Of a stretch of 60,000 bases of DNA, positions 25,267 to 38,034 are shown piece by piece. This DNA comes from Botryllus schlosseri (lineage: Eukaryota). Numbering within the stretch: the stretch's first letter is position 1; every line of letters starts with the position of its first letter. Both the position numbers and the translations under genes were made by a program. The stretch spans positions 25,918,001 to 25,978,000 of the forward strand of contig CM119371.1 of the NCBI GenBank assembly GCA_051294905.1, given 5' to 3'. The notes below the pieces were generated by a model, which was not told where the DNA came from, searched no databases, and saw nothing but the letters and a program-made list of their open reading frames with translations.

Positions 25267-26265
25267 GGTTGCCAGTAAACTCGGCCCAAGGTAAATTCGG
25301 CCCGTCGAATTCGGCCCTCGGTCACTTCGGCCGTCGGTGAATTCGGCCCTCGGTGAATTCGGCCCTCGGTAAATTCGGCCAGGGCCAGAGTAACAACAAC
25401 AGTTACAATACCATTATCTAACCTGAACCCGAACCCTAATCCTAACCTAACCTAACCCTAATCCTAACCTAACCCTAACCCTAACCTAACCCTAACCCTA
25501 ATCCTAACCTAACCTAACCTAACCCTAATCCTAACCCTAACCTAACCCTAATCCTAACCCCAACCCTAAACCTAACCCCTAACCTCCAAATCACTTGATA
25601 ATTGGAGGTTAGGGGTTAGGTTTAGGGTTAGGATTAGCGTTAGGTTTAGGGTTAGGGTTAGGTTAGGGTTAGGATTAGGGTTAGGTTAGGTTAGGATTAG
25701 GTTAGGGTTAGGGTTAGGTTAGGATTAGGTTAGGTTTACAGTGCTGTCTTTTATAGGTTTACAGTGCTGTAAACGACTATGGTAATACAATTTCACACAA
25801 TGTTCTCCGAGGGCCGAATATACCGATTGAATTCGGCTGTCGATAAATTCGGCCCCATAAACATCGGCATATATATATACATATATATATTTATACGCAT
25901 ACCCTGTTCTCCAAATCACTTGATAATATTATAATTATGAAATTAATTCACATTAATAGTTGGTAATACATTTTTAGAAAAAATTATCCGAGGGCAGAAT
26001 TGACCAAGTAACCAGTGAATTGACCGGTGAATTCGGCCGTCGGTAAATTCGGTCCCCGTGAATATCCGCGCTATCTCCCGTGATTACGCGATCTACGCAT
26101 ACCCTGACATCCAAATCACTTAATCATAGTATAATTATGTAATTAATTCATGTTAACGGTTGGTAATACATTTTAATACAATATTCTCGGTGGGCCGAAT
26201 TTACTGATGTAATGGCCGAATTTACCTGGGCCGAATTTACTTTGGGGCGAGTTTACTGGCAACCG
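25267..26265. mobile_element. MITE with AATTCGGCCC subterminal repeats and internal telomere-like arrays
   Basis: TIR ggttgccagtaaactcg / cgagtttactggcaacc. Confidence 0.8.
25418..25738. repeat. Inverted telomere-like array: (CCCTAA/CCTAA)n, spacer, (TTAGGG/TTAGG)n
   Basis: Directly visible; symmetry centre at about 25596. Confidence 0.95.
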
Positions 26266-26410
26266 TACAGTATGTCCGTATACCTGATAGTTTGTTATTG
26301 TTGCCATCAGTACAATGCGAATTCCATGGTCTGTGATTTTGATTGTTGCGTCATACCTTGCCTTTTTGGTTTTGCTTTTAAATCTGCGTGAATCCCTTAA
26401 GTGTGCCGAT

Positions 26411-26447
26411 AACTCTTGAAAAGAGGCACCCGAAAAGTCTTCGAGTT
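26411..26447 (+). ncRNA. Variant minimal hammerhead-like motif in a Penelope pLTR
   Basis: aactc-TTGAAAA-gaggcaccc-GAAA-agtct-TC-gagtt; inverted copy at 24881-24916. Confidence 0.5.
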
Positions 26448-26642
26448 TAATAAATATTCAGTTACAATGGATGTTGTATTGAAAGCTATATTCAAGTTCT
26501 GTACCACGAACCAGCTATTTAAATAGAGATAGACTTAACCAGATTAATGTATCAGAATTTAGAACGTTGTACGTTTTCACAATAAGACCTACCTAAGACC
26601 TGCAGAAAATATACAATTTACCATTGAGTAACCTAAACTTAC

Positions 26643-28939
26643 TTTTGCACCTCCCCTTCAGTCAAAGATACACTGGAATCTCTGAAAGTGAGTGGAGAGT
26701 CGAAAGAGGCCGTGTAATTTCCAGGAATGTCATCCGGCCCGACTGAACCTTCGGCAGACTTTATCTCGTTATCACCAGGTTCATCATTGCTGACCACTTG
26801 GTTTGAGGATGAACTTGTGCTTCTATCTTCCAACGGGACAAAAAAGGCATCACTTATCAGAATCTCTCCGCACTCTGTCAGGCCAATGCCTTCGTCTTCC
26901 ATTTCCCGGCTTTCATCCTGATGGGACAGAATCGCTTGGCCATTTTCATTCAATAATGGAAACAAAGGATTTCCGGTTTGGCTATACAGGTACTCCACAC
27001 CGATGAGCTCACCAGTGTATTGTCCGATCACGGCAGGACCAGGACATAATTCCATACCGAAAGTTTCCATACCAAGCGAGCGAACAGCGTTCGACAAGAG
27101 CCCGCTATAACTACGTAGCCTACTTTTGGATTTGCCTTTAATCGCATTGGCTGCACGGTCTTTGTTCCACCTGAACAGACCTTCTAAAAGATAAGCCTGA
27201 AAAGGTTCTGCGTTGGCACACTCAACGGGAATAGATCCGTTCAGATGAGCGTGAAAAGAATCCAAAGAAGCGGATCTAACGCAGTGGTACACCGGCAATC
27301 CAACACCGCTCTTCCTGACTGTGCCAGTCCGCGTATACAATGGTATGTCCGTGGGATCAATAACGCATTGAATATGTTTTTGTTCCGTATCCCAAATCTT
27401 CCAAATTCGGGAGGAATCAAATAAGGGAACTCCACGCGTGTCATTACCCTTCGGGCTCGCGAAAATTTTGATCAAATCGTAAACAAGCGACTTTATAATT
27501 TCAGGTCGTCTGGTTATTCGACGACAATGCAGATCTTTCTCTTTCTTCGTAATGCGTCGAATTATGTCTTTCTCCGACGGGTTCTGAATGAACTCAGCTA
27601 ACATCTCACATCTTTTCGCCTCTTTCAAACGACTCCAATCTTCTTTGGATAACTGAAAGAAGCAATCGGAGAGTCTATCAATAAATTTGTCGTACAGAGG
27701 GTGCGATTTTGTAGTGCATCCACATGTAAACCGAGTTATAAAATGAGAAATCTCCAGACGTACAATCAGATTCGGCCAATTCTGGAAAAGCTTACGAAGA
27801 TGCTGGTGTTCACTGCCGCAACATCCTCGTTTGACATAAAGGACTTTAGGCGGGCTAACGCGAGCATCAGAATAACGTCTCATCAACCCCGCTGCCATCT
27901 CTACAAGACCGTCCCCTTCAGCACACGTTAAAACACACATTAAAACCTGTCCGTGTTCGTTACCGACACTTACGGCGCATTCAGCAGTATCTCGCGACTC
28001 ACCTCCTAGATTTTTAGTTACTTTGGTGGTGGAATCCATTCTGATGATGGAGCCAAACGTTGACGTAATCGATGACTTTATCTCATCAAGTCTGGAAAAA
28101 ACATCTTTGAGATAAGCAGTCTGAAGCCATTGCGCTGTTTGAACGGGCTTGAAATCAGGGGGCTGCATGAACTCGGGGCAAGATCCTAATGTCCCATTAT
28201 CATACGCTTCTTCGTAATTTCTGCAGTCAGTCAGATAACGCAACACTTTTTGATAGTATTTCTCGGTGTGTTGCTCGGAAAGGGTTTTATACAGCAGAGT
28301 GGGGCTAATACCCGAGGTTCTTTCGCGCAAAGGTCTTATGACTCTCACGTCGCACGCGTGTTTGTATGTAAGCAACGCAGGGAACTGTAATCTACGGGCA
28401 ATGTCAAGCTGAGATATGATTGCACTATCCCAGGCAGCGACTCTTGTTCCGCAACTGATACATTCAAGACATTCGGTAGCCAAGTTGTAATAGCTGTCAA
28501 CGTCTAGCACTTGTCGTACTGTTTTGTACAAGCCGGCGCTTGTGAGCTCTTTTGTACAATTTTTCCGGCTACAAATCAACTTGCATCCCCAAAGTTTTCG
28601 TGGCATCCATAAAAAAAGCGACTGCGCAAAGTACAGTGTTGGCCGAGGCACTTCACTGCAGATCAACGGTACTTGAGGCGGATGCCACCAAAGTTTGTCG
28701 ACACGCAAAAAGTTCATTTCAGGTTTGCCTGTCTTATCGTTGGTCTTGAATAGCGCGTCAGATACCCAGGCGTGGTCTGCGATTGGTAAAGACTTTCGCC
28801 ATCCCTTGATCAGAGCGCAGTTCGATATCGGAGAAGAACAGCAGCATATAGGTTGAGTCTCTTGGTTGGGACTTTTAGAGTGCACTTGTTCAATGTCGGG
28901 AGGTAATTTGCAAACGACCGTGTTATCCTGAGATTGCAT
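26643..28939 (-). CDS. Gene B exon 1: DUF6729-type transposase-like protein (predicted spliced product 965 aa)
   Basis: Intact 2.3-kb ORF; motifs FLWMPRKLW, RQVLD, QFPALLT, MDST, VGNEHGQVL, LYVKRGCC, SLDSFH; ATG (MQSQDNT) shared with C; donor AA|GTAAG at 26642; conserved upstream acceptor at 29020-29018. Confidence 0.85.
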
Positions 28940-29245
28940 GTTATCGTGGACATCGGGCAGATGACGAGCTCGCAAGCAAAAAATCAACTATTTGTAAAGT
29001 ATTTTACTGATAATCGCCTGTACAACGAGGGCAGAGACAATGAGCATTGTTGAGAAAAATATGTATCCGAGTTGAGAATCAAGATTCGAGTTCTGACGCA
29101 TATGCGTGTGATGGCATACAACGATACAAATAAATATTACAACAGGAGAGTTCAAAAGTGTACCCTTCAGGTTCAGGCGCAGACAAGGAAAATAATGTAC
29201 AGGACGGGAATGATTTTGCGTTTCTTGACCATTACTGTGTCACAG

Positions 29246-29849
29246 CAGGGTTGTTCAGATTTGAAAAATAGTCAGGAAACTTCGATGCTTGTGATCCAAA
29301 TGATGGTTCAGTACATAAAAACACTTTTATGAGCAATTTTGGTCATATTAATCGTGATCTTCTATCCCCGAAAAGCCCAATTCTCCTTGATCTGTAGTGT
29401 TGACCATGTCACCGGTTTATAGCTTTTGTGACCGCGCTTCTTCAATGTACCATCCAAAACAAGCCAACATCAACCGTGCAACCAATACATTATTTCCATG
29501 AACATGATAGACACTAGATAGGCTGTGCAGAGCAAAACGGAGATGCATGCGACCTTTACAGGACTGCATTCAAGTACAATTTTGAAAACAAATCTATTTT
29601 ATTGCATCAACTCTAGACGGCCGTTTTCAACTGATAACGTCACAAAAGCTATAAACCGGTGACATGGTCAACACTACATATCCAGTAGTAAGGAGAACTG
29701 CCCCGTGGATCTTTGGGAGCTTTTCGGGGATGGAAGATCACGATGAAGACGACCAAAATTTCTCATAAAAGTGTTTTTACGAACTAAACCATCATTGGGA
29801 TCACAAGCATCGAAGTTTCCTGACAATTTTTCAAATTTGAACAACCCTA
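29246..29849. mobile_element. Fold-back MITE with ~190-bp TIRs and a 9-bp TSD (Mutator-like architecture)
   Basis: 29246-29432 is inverted at 29639-29849; gtgtcacag on both sides. Confidence 0.75.
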
Positions 29850-29935
29850 GTGTCACAGCTTGAAAGTGACAACTCCATTGGTGAACCAGTGAAGCACAGA
29901 AATGTAGCTTTTACACAACTGCGTATCTTGTAGAG

Positions 29936-30990
29936 CAGGGGTCACCAACCCGGTGCCCGCGGGCACCAGGTAGCCCGCGTGGCCTAGATGAGTAGCCCGC
30001 GAGCCCATTCTAAAAATATGTGGAATAGCAGCATTTACCAATATTCGTCAAATTATTACCAGGGAGCTTTTAAATATATAGATTGATTCATTCAGCTATT
30101 CTTGTTTAAAACACACTAACATGTAACTTACATATATAAACACTTGAAAATATCTTCAATTACAATTAGTAATATATAGATGTTTGTGATAGAATCACCA
30201 GAAATTCAAGATACGGCGCATTGCCTATAAAGGCGACATGACGGAATGCCGTTCACGGTCTTCTCGAAATGGTGGGGGAGTTCCGTTCGGATAGCTCGAC
30301 GACCAGGACAATGCCAAAGTAGTAAAAAATATTACTATTCGGAGTCAGATAGCCGTGAAATACTAGCAGATTTTCAATATCTGTATACCTATTTGCATGT
30401 TTTAGCACAGCTTGTTTCTGGTACACTCAACGCAGTTTAATACACCATGTTTCTAACTTTCTGTAATCGTTGCCGGTGTCCTGTATAATGAAATCTTGTC
30501 ATTTCAGGATGCTTAACAGTTGGAGATTAAAATTGTAACACTGCAAAATGACCCCCACCTCAGTCTGCAGCAAACGTTTGGTGCGTTGTTGATACGGAAA
30601 AGTACAGTGGTGCAGCAGTGGTGCAGCAGCTATGAAGGTTGCAAGAGTCTAAGGTTCAACTTATCGTTGTGAATTAGCCTTTTCGGAGATGAACTTCATC
30701 AAAAACAAACGCAAAACACGCTCAATTAATGCACATCTGGAACACTTACTAAGAATTGCAGTGTCAAGTTGAATACCAGAGTACAGAGCACTAGTTGATA
30801 TCATACAATGCCAGGCTTCCCACTGACTGCTATAGAAACATACAACATGATGTACAGTCCTGCCCAGTGCTACGAATATCAAAGCGGAAATTCAGTGTGA
30901 CACGGGTAAACGGCGGGAGTGAATAGTAGCCCGCCGCTTCAATCATTACGCAAATGTAGCCCTCGGTTGCAAAAAGGTTGGTGACCCCTG
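29936..30990. mobile_element. hAT non-autonomous element, absent at the paralogous site of unit C
   Basis: TIR caggggtcaccaacc / ggttggtgacccctg; TSD ttgtagag / tcgtagag; empty site at about 58390. Confidence 0.88.
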
Positions 30991-31614
30991 TCGTAGAGCA
31001 TGCCCAGTTACAGTTACAGGAGAGCGAAATTGTGACTTTCCGAATTTTGGAAAAAATTATAGAAACTACATTTTTTGTTAAAACATAACTTGATTTCGAA
31101 GGGTATATGATTTTGTCACTAGAAAACATCTGGTCTCACTATTCGACTGGAATCATCACATTTAATACTCAACTCATCTCAGAGTACTCGAATCATTGTT
31201 CCCACCCCTGATTGGCCAATATGGAATCAGCGTCTCGTGCACACCAAATATTCTACCGACTACACACCAAATATATTAGACTGAGCGTACGGGTACCGGG
31301 ATACAATGATTGGCCAGAGTGGAATCGGTGGTAACGTCACGCGCAACTTTCCGTTCAATTCCTTCATTAGCCCCCCTATACTATGTAAGAAACCCTTCTG
31401 TCACGCGCAACTCATTGCCGAAAGCAACCCCTGTTTCCAATCTGGGCGATTTGTATAATGACTTGGTGCAAGTAAATTAGTGTAATCAGATGCATCGATC
31501 TTGACATTAAGTCCTTAGCCCGAAAGTTTCATAAGTTCGCACAATAGTAGGCTGCCTATGTCAAATAACTTTGGTCAGCCAGATAAAGATGCAATAGTGT
31601 GGTATAGCTTAGCA

Positions 31615-32783
31615 CAGGGGTGGGCAAACTACGGCCCGCGGGCCGCATGCGGACCGCCATACCGTTCTGTGCGGCCCTCGAGAGTCTAAAGAAACTTTTT
31701 TAAAATATTGATGAAATGCATACTAAAAATCGAATTAATGCAGGGACTTGATTAAACTTTTTAGTATATTTCACCATATTTTTAAGGAAGTGGTTCTCAA
31801 ACTGGTGGGCGCGTCCGCCTTGAGCGGGTGAAAGCATTTTAAGAATGGCGCGAAGCTGAGATCAACTGAAAAATTTTTTCGCGCTCCACGCGATTTACAT
31901 CCAATTCACATTGGTTGTTCTGTATTTAGTCTCAATTTCATATTTAAAAATCTCTCACCCACAGTCGTAGCGTTCCCTGCCATCAAACTAGAAACTACCC
32001 GTTAGGTTTGCTAGCATCCTGGTTGCGTTTTGTGATATGACGATAAAGGGGACACGTAATCTTTCACCATCGTAAGGGGGCAAAGTTTGAAAACCACTGT
32101 TCTAAGGTAAATAATTCCTAGATTATTTTTTATGTTTAATGTCTGGCGCGACAGCCCGATAATAAAGCTCACGCAGTTTGAAAGGTTCAAACTGCTAAAA
32201 ATCACAGAAATCCTAAATGAGATTGACGTAATTCGGGTCACGAGTGTGATTTCAGATTGGCCACTCCAGTTTCAATTTTTTCAGTGAGGTTCTTATAAAA
32301 AACGATTCGCGCTTGTATATAGGTAGATTGGTTCTCTGTATGCGTAGAATTAGGGTATTTATATTTTATCCACACACTGTACAAGCGTGTTTGAAGCTAA
32401 CATGGTTATGATGCTGTCAGCATTGTGTATCCAGGAACTGAACCAAAAGTGGAATTAACAAATCTATGAACCGGTCGCTGCTGACAGATTTAAATTTAAA
32501 TCCTATTTTAAGAATCGGTACCACCGACTTTCATCCGTATAGTTTTGACAAATTGGTTGTTGAGGTCGACCAGCCTATGAAATCTCGCCACTGTTTCTGG
32601 CGCATGTACGATATCATCAACGAAATGCTTGGTTTGTTTTAAATAAGCATCTACATGTCCTCACTATATAGTCAAATACCAATATTGCGTTTCGGTTTAT
32701 AATCCCAATTTTATATAGTGCGGCCCGCGAATGGATTCAGATGTTGAATGCGGCCCGGGAGCTCAAAAGTTTGCCCACCCCTG
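31615..32783. mobile_element. hAT/Charlie-like MITE with a nested MITE (31788-32099)
   Basis: TIR caggggtgggcaaact / agtttgcccacccctg; perfect TSD gcttagca. Confidence 0.88.
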
Positions 32784-33663
32784 GCTTAGCAGGTATGAAT
32801 GAATCTTAACTGACACAAGAGACACACAATATGTCCATACATTGTAGGTCTGATACAAGCAAAGTTTCCTAATACGCTGCAGTTGACTGTGTCACCTTAA
32901 ATTGGACTTGGGATCATTGTCCCGCTATATAACTCGACACGTGCCGGTGCCATATTATTGCCCAGCTATCGTTACGCAATGTATGCCACGACGTCGTTCT
33001 ATCGTTTGTCGAGTACTTAACGCGAGAACTGTGAAATACTCGCAGACTCATTTATAACAGCTACATCCTATTCTCTCGAAATATACTTTGTGTTTGAGTA
33101 AACATCTGTGGATTGAAGAACTCGCAAACCTCCGTACAGGACTTCCAGTATGTAGCCAGCAAAGCTAACCTAATATATAGGCTATCGGTCAGCTACTCCG
33201 TTTTTTACAGGAATGCCGCTAAGTCCCTCTACTGTTGCAACACGAATACGCTATAGGTGAGTTGCGATGCGAATAAACTTGAATATTGTTCTCCGAATTA
33301 TGTGCATAATCTAAAATCATTGCAGTGTAATTTATTTAATTCTAATTTTAATTTACCAGGGATAAATTTATTCAACTAGAAGGATACTGCAATAGGAGTA
33401 GTCATGAAAGCAAAGGACTATATTATAGTCTAGTGATGTTGTGTATTTTCAGCCGGGTCACAGACCAAGATTCATAAGAGATTACTAAAGGTGTCCGACA
33501 GTGCTGCTCAGCTATACGTTTTATCTGGCCAAGTTCAAAACCCAACCAGATAATGCTTGTTTTCCGTTGTCTGGTGCTGGTCAATGGTGTTTGTGGTCAC
33601 TCACATCACATAAGAGAAATTATTATAATCTGGCTAATATGAAACATGATTCATTACAAATTA

Positions 33664-34512
33664 CCGTAATTTTCCGAACATAGTGCGCCCCCATGTATAA
33701 TACGCACCCTTAAAATGACGGGTAGATTCTGGGAAAAAGCCTGTACCCATGTGTAGTACGCACCCTGCATTCGCAGTACATGAATGGTTGCGTTTTAGTA
33801 CACGATGTTGTTCTGTTTTGCGATGTCACTGTCGTACAATCATGACATAACCATCGCTAATCATAATACAATAAGTACATTGTCTCTAAACGAGAGTAGA
33901 TAGTAGCCAAAGCCTGTGAGGTCGGCGACGCGATAGTTCAGGCTAGCGACACACGACATCTTGCGCACGAAGCCTATTACAATTACAGATGCGATTGCTG
34001 GGGCCAACGGTTATGTCGGTCGCGCCATCAGTATTGTTGGAGATGCGACTGATTATGCAAGCGATTATATCCTGCGCACATGGCCTCTTGTGTATGCGAT
34101 TGTTTAAGGCCTGTTGTTGAAGCGAGAATCAAAAGGGTTGCCGTGCACGCTTGTAGCAATCAGCGACCTGATTTCGCTCGGGCACAAACTGCAAACCAAC
34201 TCAGCAAGAGATTGCGCGCTTTACAGACAATTCTCGTTAATTAGAAACACGCTTTTCGTTAATTGGCAACACGCTTCTCTATTTGGCCGCGCGTTACACT
34301 CTATAATACGAATTACGGGTCCAATGGCTAGAGCCTCTAGCTCTAGCCTAGAGGTGATGCGCGATTTAAACAAACATGAAGAAAGGTGTGATTTCAAGTT
34401 TTTGATCGAGGGATTTTTTTTCAAGGCTTGCTGTGCACATGTATAATACGCACCCCGCTATTTAGGGCAAGAAATCGGTGAAATTTTTCGCACTATACAT
34501 GCAAAATTACGG
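33664..34512. mobile_element. pogo/Tigger-like (Tc1-mariner) non-autonomous element
   Basis: TA TSD; ends ccgtaatttt / aaaattacgg; empty site at about 6870 in unit A. Confidence 0.78.
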
Positions 34513-35303
34513 TAAGAAATCATCAACTCAGTAAGGTTGAAGTTTTTCATGGATTTCTCATACATCAGTAGTCTATTTTCAATTCAGGACTCCCCTCTTC
34601 TATCCTGCTGTCACTCACACACTGTAATCCATCAGAATCATTCGTTATTCTGCCGTGTCTTACACTTTACTGCTGCATACTGCTTAGTTTGTAGTCAAAG
34701 TACACAAGCAGCCAAGCTCAACTTTCACTTTTGTAGTCTACTACGAAACAAGGATAATAATAATAATAACTATCATTCATGCAGCATGTGCCATCGCTGT
34801 AGCGAGTTTCTTACTATGGCTCGTATAACTACATTTTAATCAACAGGATAAATATGCATTATGCGCTCCATCGTATCTCATTCAAACACAGTTGATTCGC
34901 ACTTTCAATACATCTTTTATCAACTGTGGTCTACTGTGGTGGACGATTTTTCCATTATTCGAGGAAGTACGTTTTTGATACATAACATAGGAAACAGTCT
35001 GTGATAATTAAATATCCATGGAAACAGTCTGAAGCACGAATGCAAAATTTGCTGTACAGTGAGGCCTTTTTCTTGATTTTCCGTTTTTTTTTTGTAATCC
35101 TGCATCCATCATTAGCTTGAATAAAATGAGACACACGACGTGCAATGTGAGTGAGGGACAACCACAATTTGATGTGGAACAGTATCCCGCCGGCCATCCG
35201 ACAGTCGACGAGCCTGTCCAGAGGACAGTGTCCACATTCAAGTCAATATACAAGCAATACTAGTCCACCCTCAAGATTACACGACCACGACCTGACCTAT
35301 CGA

Positions 35304-36259
35304 CAGGGTTGCCATCGACATTTTCCTAAAAATAAGGACAGACGAGAAATTAGATCAGCATGAAAAAGCGTTTTTGTACATACTTTGTATTTATACGAGC
35401 CGTGGCATATCACATTCCATATTTTTCGCCAGAAACAATCTGCTCCAGCAACTTCTTGTTATTAGAAAGTGCTTCATGGGTCTCACGACAGCTCAGGCCT
35501 AGGTTCCCCTTTACTCGGGGCCGAAACAGCACTTTGTCAGATCCCCCCTTGTGTTTTGGGGTATAAATGTGAGTTGAAATAGCGGTCTTTCCTATGGCCT
35601 TCAGGCTAATGGCACAATTGCAGATATTGCTATGCGCGAAACACTCGTCCTTCAAGCTTCGTTAGATACCTTTGATTTCTCTCTGGTAATAATCGTCACG
35701 AAAAAACGTTTTTACGCCTGCTCATTTTAACTAATCAGATTTAGCCTTATTAGTAGCTAAAACATAATTTAGATCAATTTATCAACGAATTATAGCTTTA
35801 CTACTTTATAAACCAATGTGTCGACCGCCTTTTTTTACTACGCGATAAATGCTGCCTTCCCAACAGCTTGAGCTTATTCAGCAGGAACCTCTGCTATTGC
35901 TGTTTACTGCTCAAATGAAGTCCGCTGCGGTAGCTTGGTACAGACGAAACTGCTATACTACCACTACCACTTACTATCTCATTACTTAGAAGACAAATCT
36001 TGTGGTGTGTACGTCACGAGAGTTCCTTTCATTAATGATGTCATAAAATCTCAACGCAAAAGCATAATTTGAGAATATTATGCAACACTGATACCAGAGG
36101 AAGACGATCAAAGTTTTGTAGTGGTTGAAAATAAGACAAAATAAGGACGCAAGTCGAAAATAAGGACATTTCTTAGAAATAAGGACAGTTGAGTTTTCTA
36201 AGACGCGGCCCTTCAAAATAAGGACAAATCTTAGAAATAAGGACGGTATGGCAACCTTG
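35304..36259. mobile_element. hAT (Tip100-like) element with AATAAGGAC subterminal repeats, inserted in a LINE 3' fragment
   Basis: Ends cagggttgccat / atggcaaccttg; perfect TSD cctatcga. Confidence 0.85.
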
Positions 36260-36946
36260 CCTATCGATCTCACCTTCCATGACATGCCACTCCATTTTTA
36301 TCGCTTGCTTTTTCTATTTCTTTCTTCTTTTACTTTTCATTCAGTGTGTATGCCTCCTCTTTAAATCGCGTAGGCCAAGGCGGGTGTCTGATTCCATCAT
36401 CATCATCATCATCATCATCATTGGTTTATTAGCAATTTTATCAGTTCAATACACCACAAAAATGCGATACCATGAAAAGACAGGAAGATGTCGAAGCCAC
36501 TAGGAGTAGTCTATGGAATCAGACACCCACCTTGGCCTAGGCCAGTAGTCCCCAACCTTCTTCATTTCGTGCCTTCCTTGGCCGAAATTTAAGCCACAAT
36601 TCCCCCTTTAGGATAAATCTGACCGACGATTAAAAAAGGTCATTTTTACAGCGCAAACACCTGTTGACTGAGAGAATAAGACGGGCGGTGTACCGAGTGT
36701 TTGTTTCTAGCAGTGCTGTAATAACACTTGTAGACCTCCAAAAACAATGGTCTTGCTCGCAATCAAACAAATTTTGGAGCGCTTGACTCAACAGACCCCC
36801 ACACTTCCATTTGTGTTTTCGGCTTACCATGCACCAATCGCTAATATAATTGTTGTGAAAAATCAGTATGCATAGATTTGCTGGTCTCGCGATTTTTTTT
36901 CAAGTTTGCGTATGCATTTGACCAATAATATTGGTACTTTCGTATA

Positions 36947-37481
36947 TAGGGTTGACCAGACTCGAGTCTGACTCGACTCTCCATTTTATGACGACTCGAC
37001 TTGACTCGAGTCGTTTTCTCAAAATACGGAAATGACTCGACTTGACTTAGGTATTGAGTCGACTTGGACTCGCGTCATTGAGCATGACTCGAACCAAGCC
37101 ATATGACTCGAGGCTATAAGACGGCCAAGACCGACATTTCATTGCAATTTCGAAGAACAGTACAGCGACCACCCTATTGGAGTTTCGTCTATTGATCCTG
37201 GTACTTTACAATGCGACAAGAACCTGCTCAAAGTGAGGGAAATTAGTAGGCCTATATCATAAATCCAAATCATTCAATATCATCAAACAGTGTTGTCTGG
37301 GGTGTGACTTGGACTCGGACTCGAGTCATAATACCATGACTCGGACTCGACCCTCTGCTCTGTGACTTGGACTCAGACTTCACTCAATGGTGAATTGAAA
37401 ATGACACGACTTGACTCGAGACAAAACTATGAAAGTGAGATTGACTTGTGACTCGAAGCCTCGTGATTTTGTTACAGCTCT
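36947..37481 (-). mobile_element. GACTCGAGTC-rich MITE copy
   Basis: Full-length similarity to the 3094-3580 family. Confidence 0.75.
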
Positions 37482-38034
37482 GATATATAACATACACGTG
37501 ATCAGATTCCCTGCTGGAGCTCATTGAAATATAGGACACCCATTACGTTTCGGCAACATTGCACCAAGTTTAATATGTCTTTTTTTTCGATCGGGTAGCT
37601 GTTCTTTGACTTGAATCGATGACGTTGGAATATTTTGTCACTGTCTGAAAATGTTTACTTGAAAATATAAGGTAAATACTTTCACTAGAGGCCTTGTTAT
37701 GATAGATTCGGCACAACATTGGCTCGCTTAGGATATAGTTTATTGAGAGGCCGTCGCTGGCCTACAAAATTGTCTTGCGAACTGTAGCACATCTGAACTA
37801 GTTTGAAAAAAAGGGAATTTGTATGTGAAAAAGAGATTTCAAATAGCATTTGAACATACTTTCAGCAAATAAAAACAGCCATGAGGAGCATACGCTCGGA
37901 TATAACTGGTTGACTACATGAAAGTTCGGACATGGACAATTTGGAAAATCATCTACAATTCTAAAGTGGAATTCCTCCCTAAAATTGCAAAATTCCCCCA
38001 AGGGGGAATTCGTCCCCGGTTGGGAACCACTGGC

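Larger units (their letters stand above)
23902..26488 (+). mobile_element. 5'-truncated Penelope-like element with inverted 5' pLTR, hosting two nested MITEs
   Basis: About 90-bp inverted ends (left end split by a piggyBac MITE); decayed GIY-YIG C-terminus AIGQHLSEN...RSRSLFHLKVLESIIIQLNKP..LRRQKDFLYNL at about 25000-25204. Confidence 0.75.

Noticed and set aside
25418..25738. True telomere or chromosome-fusion scar
   Set aside because: Short, mixed units, wrong polarity for a fusion, and enclosed by MITE TIRs
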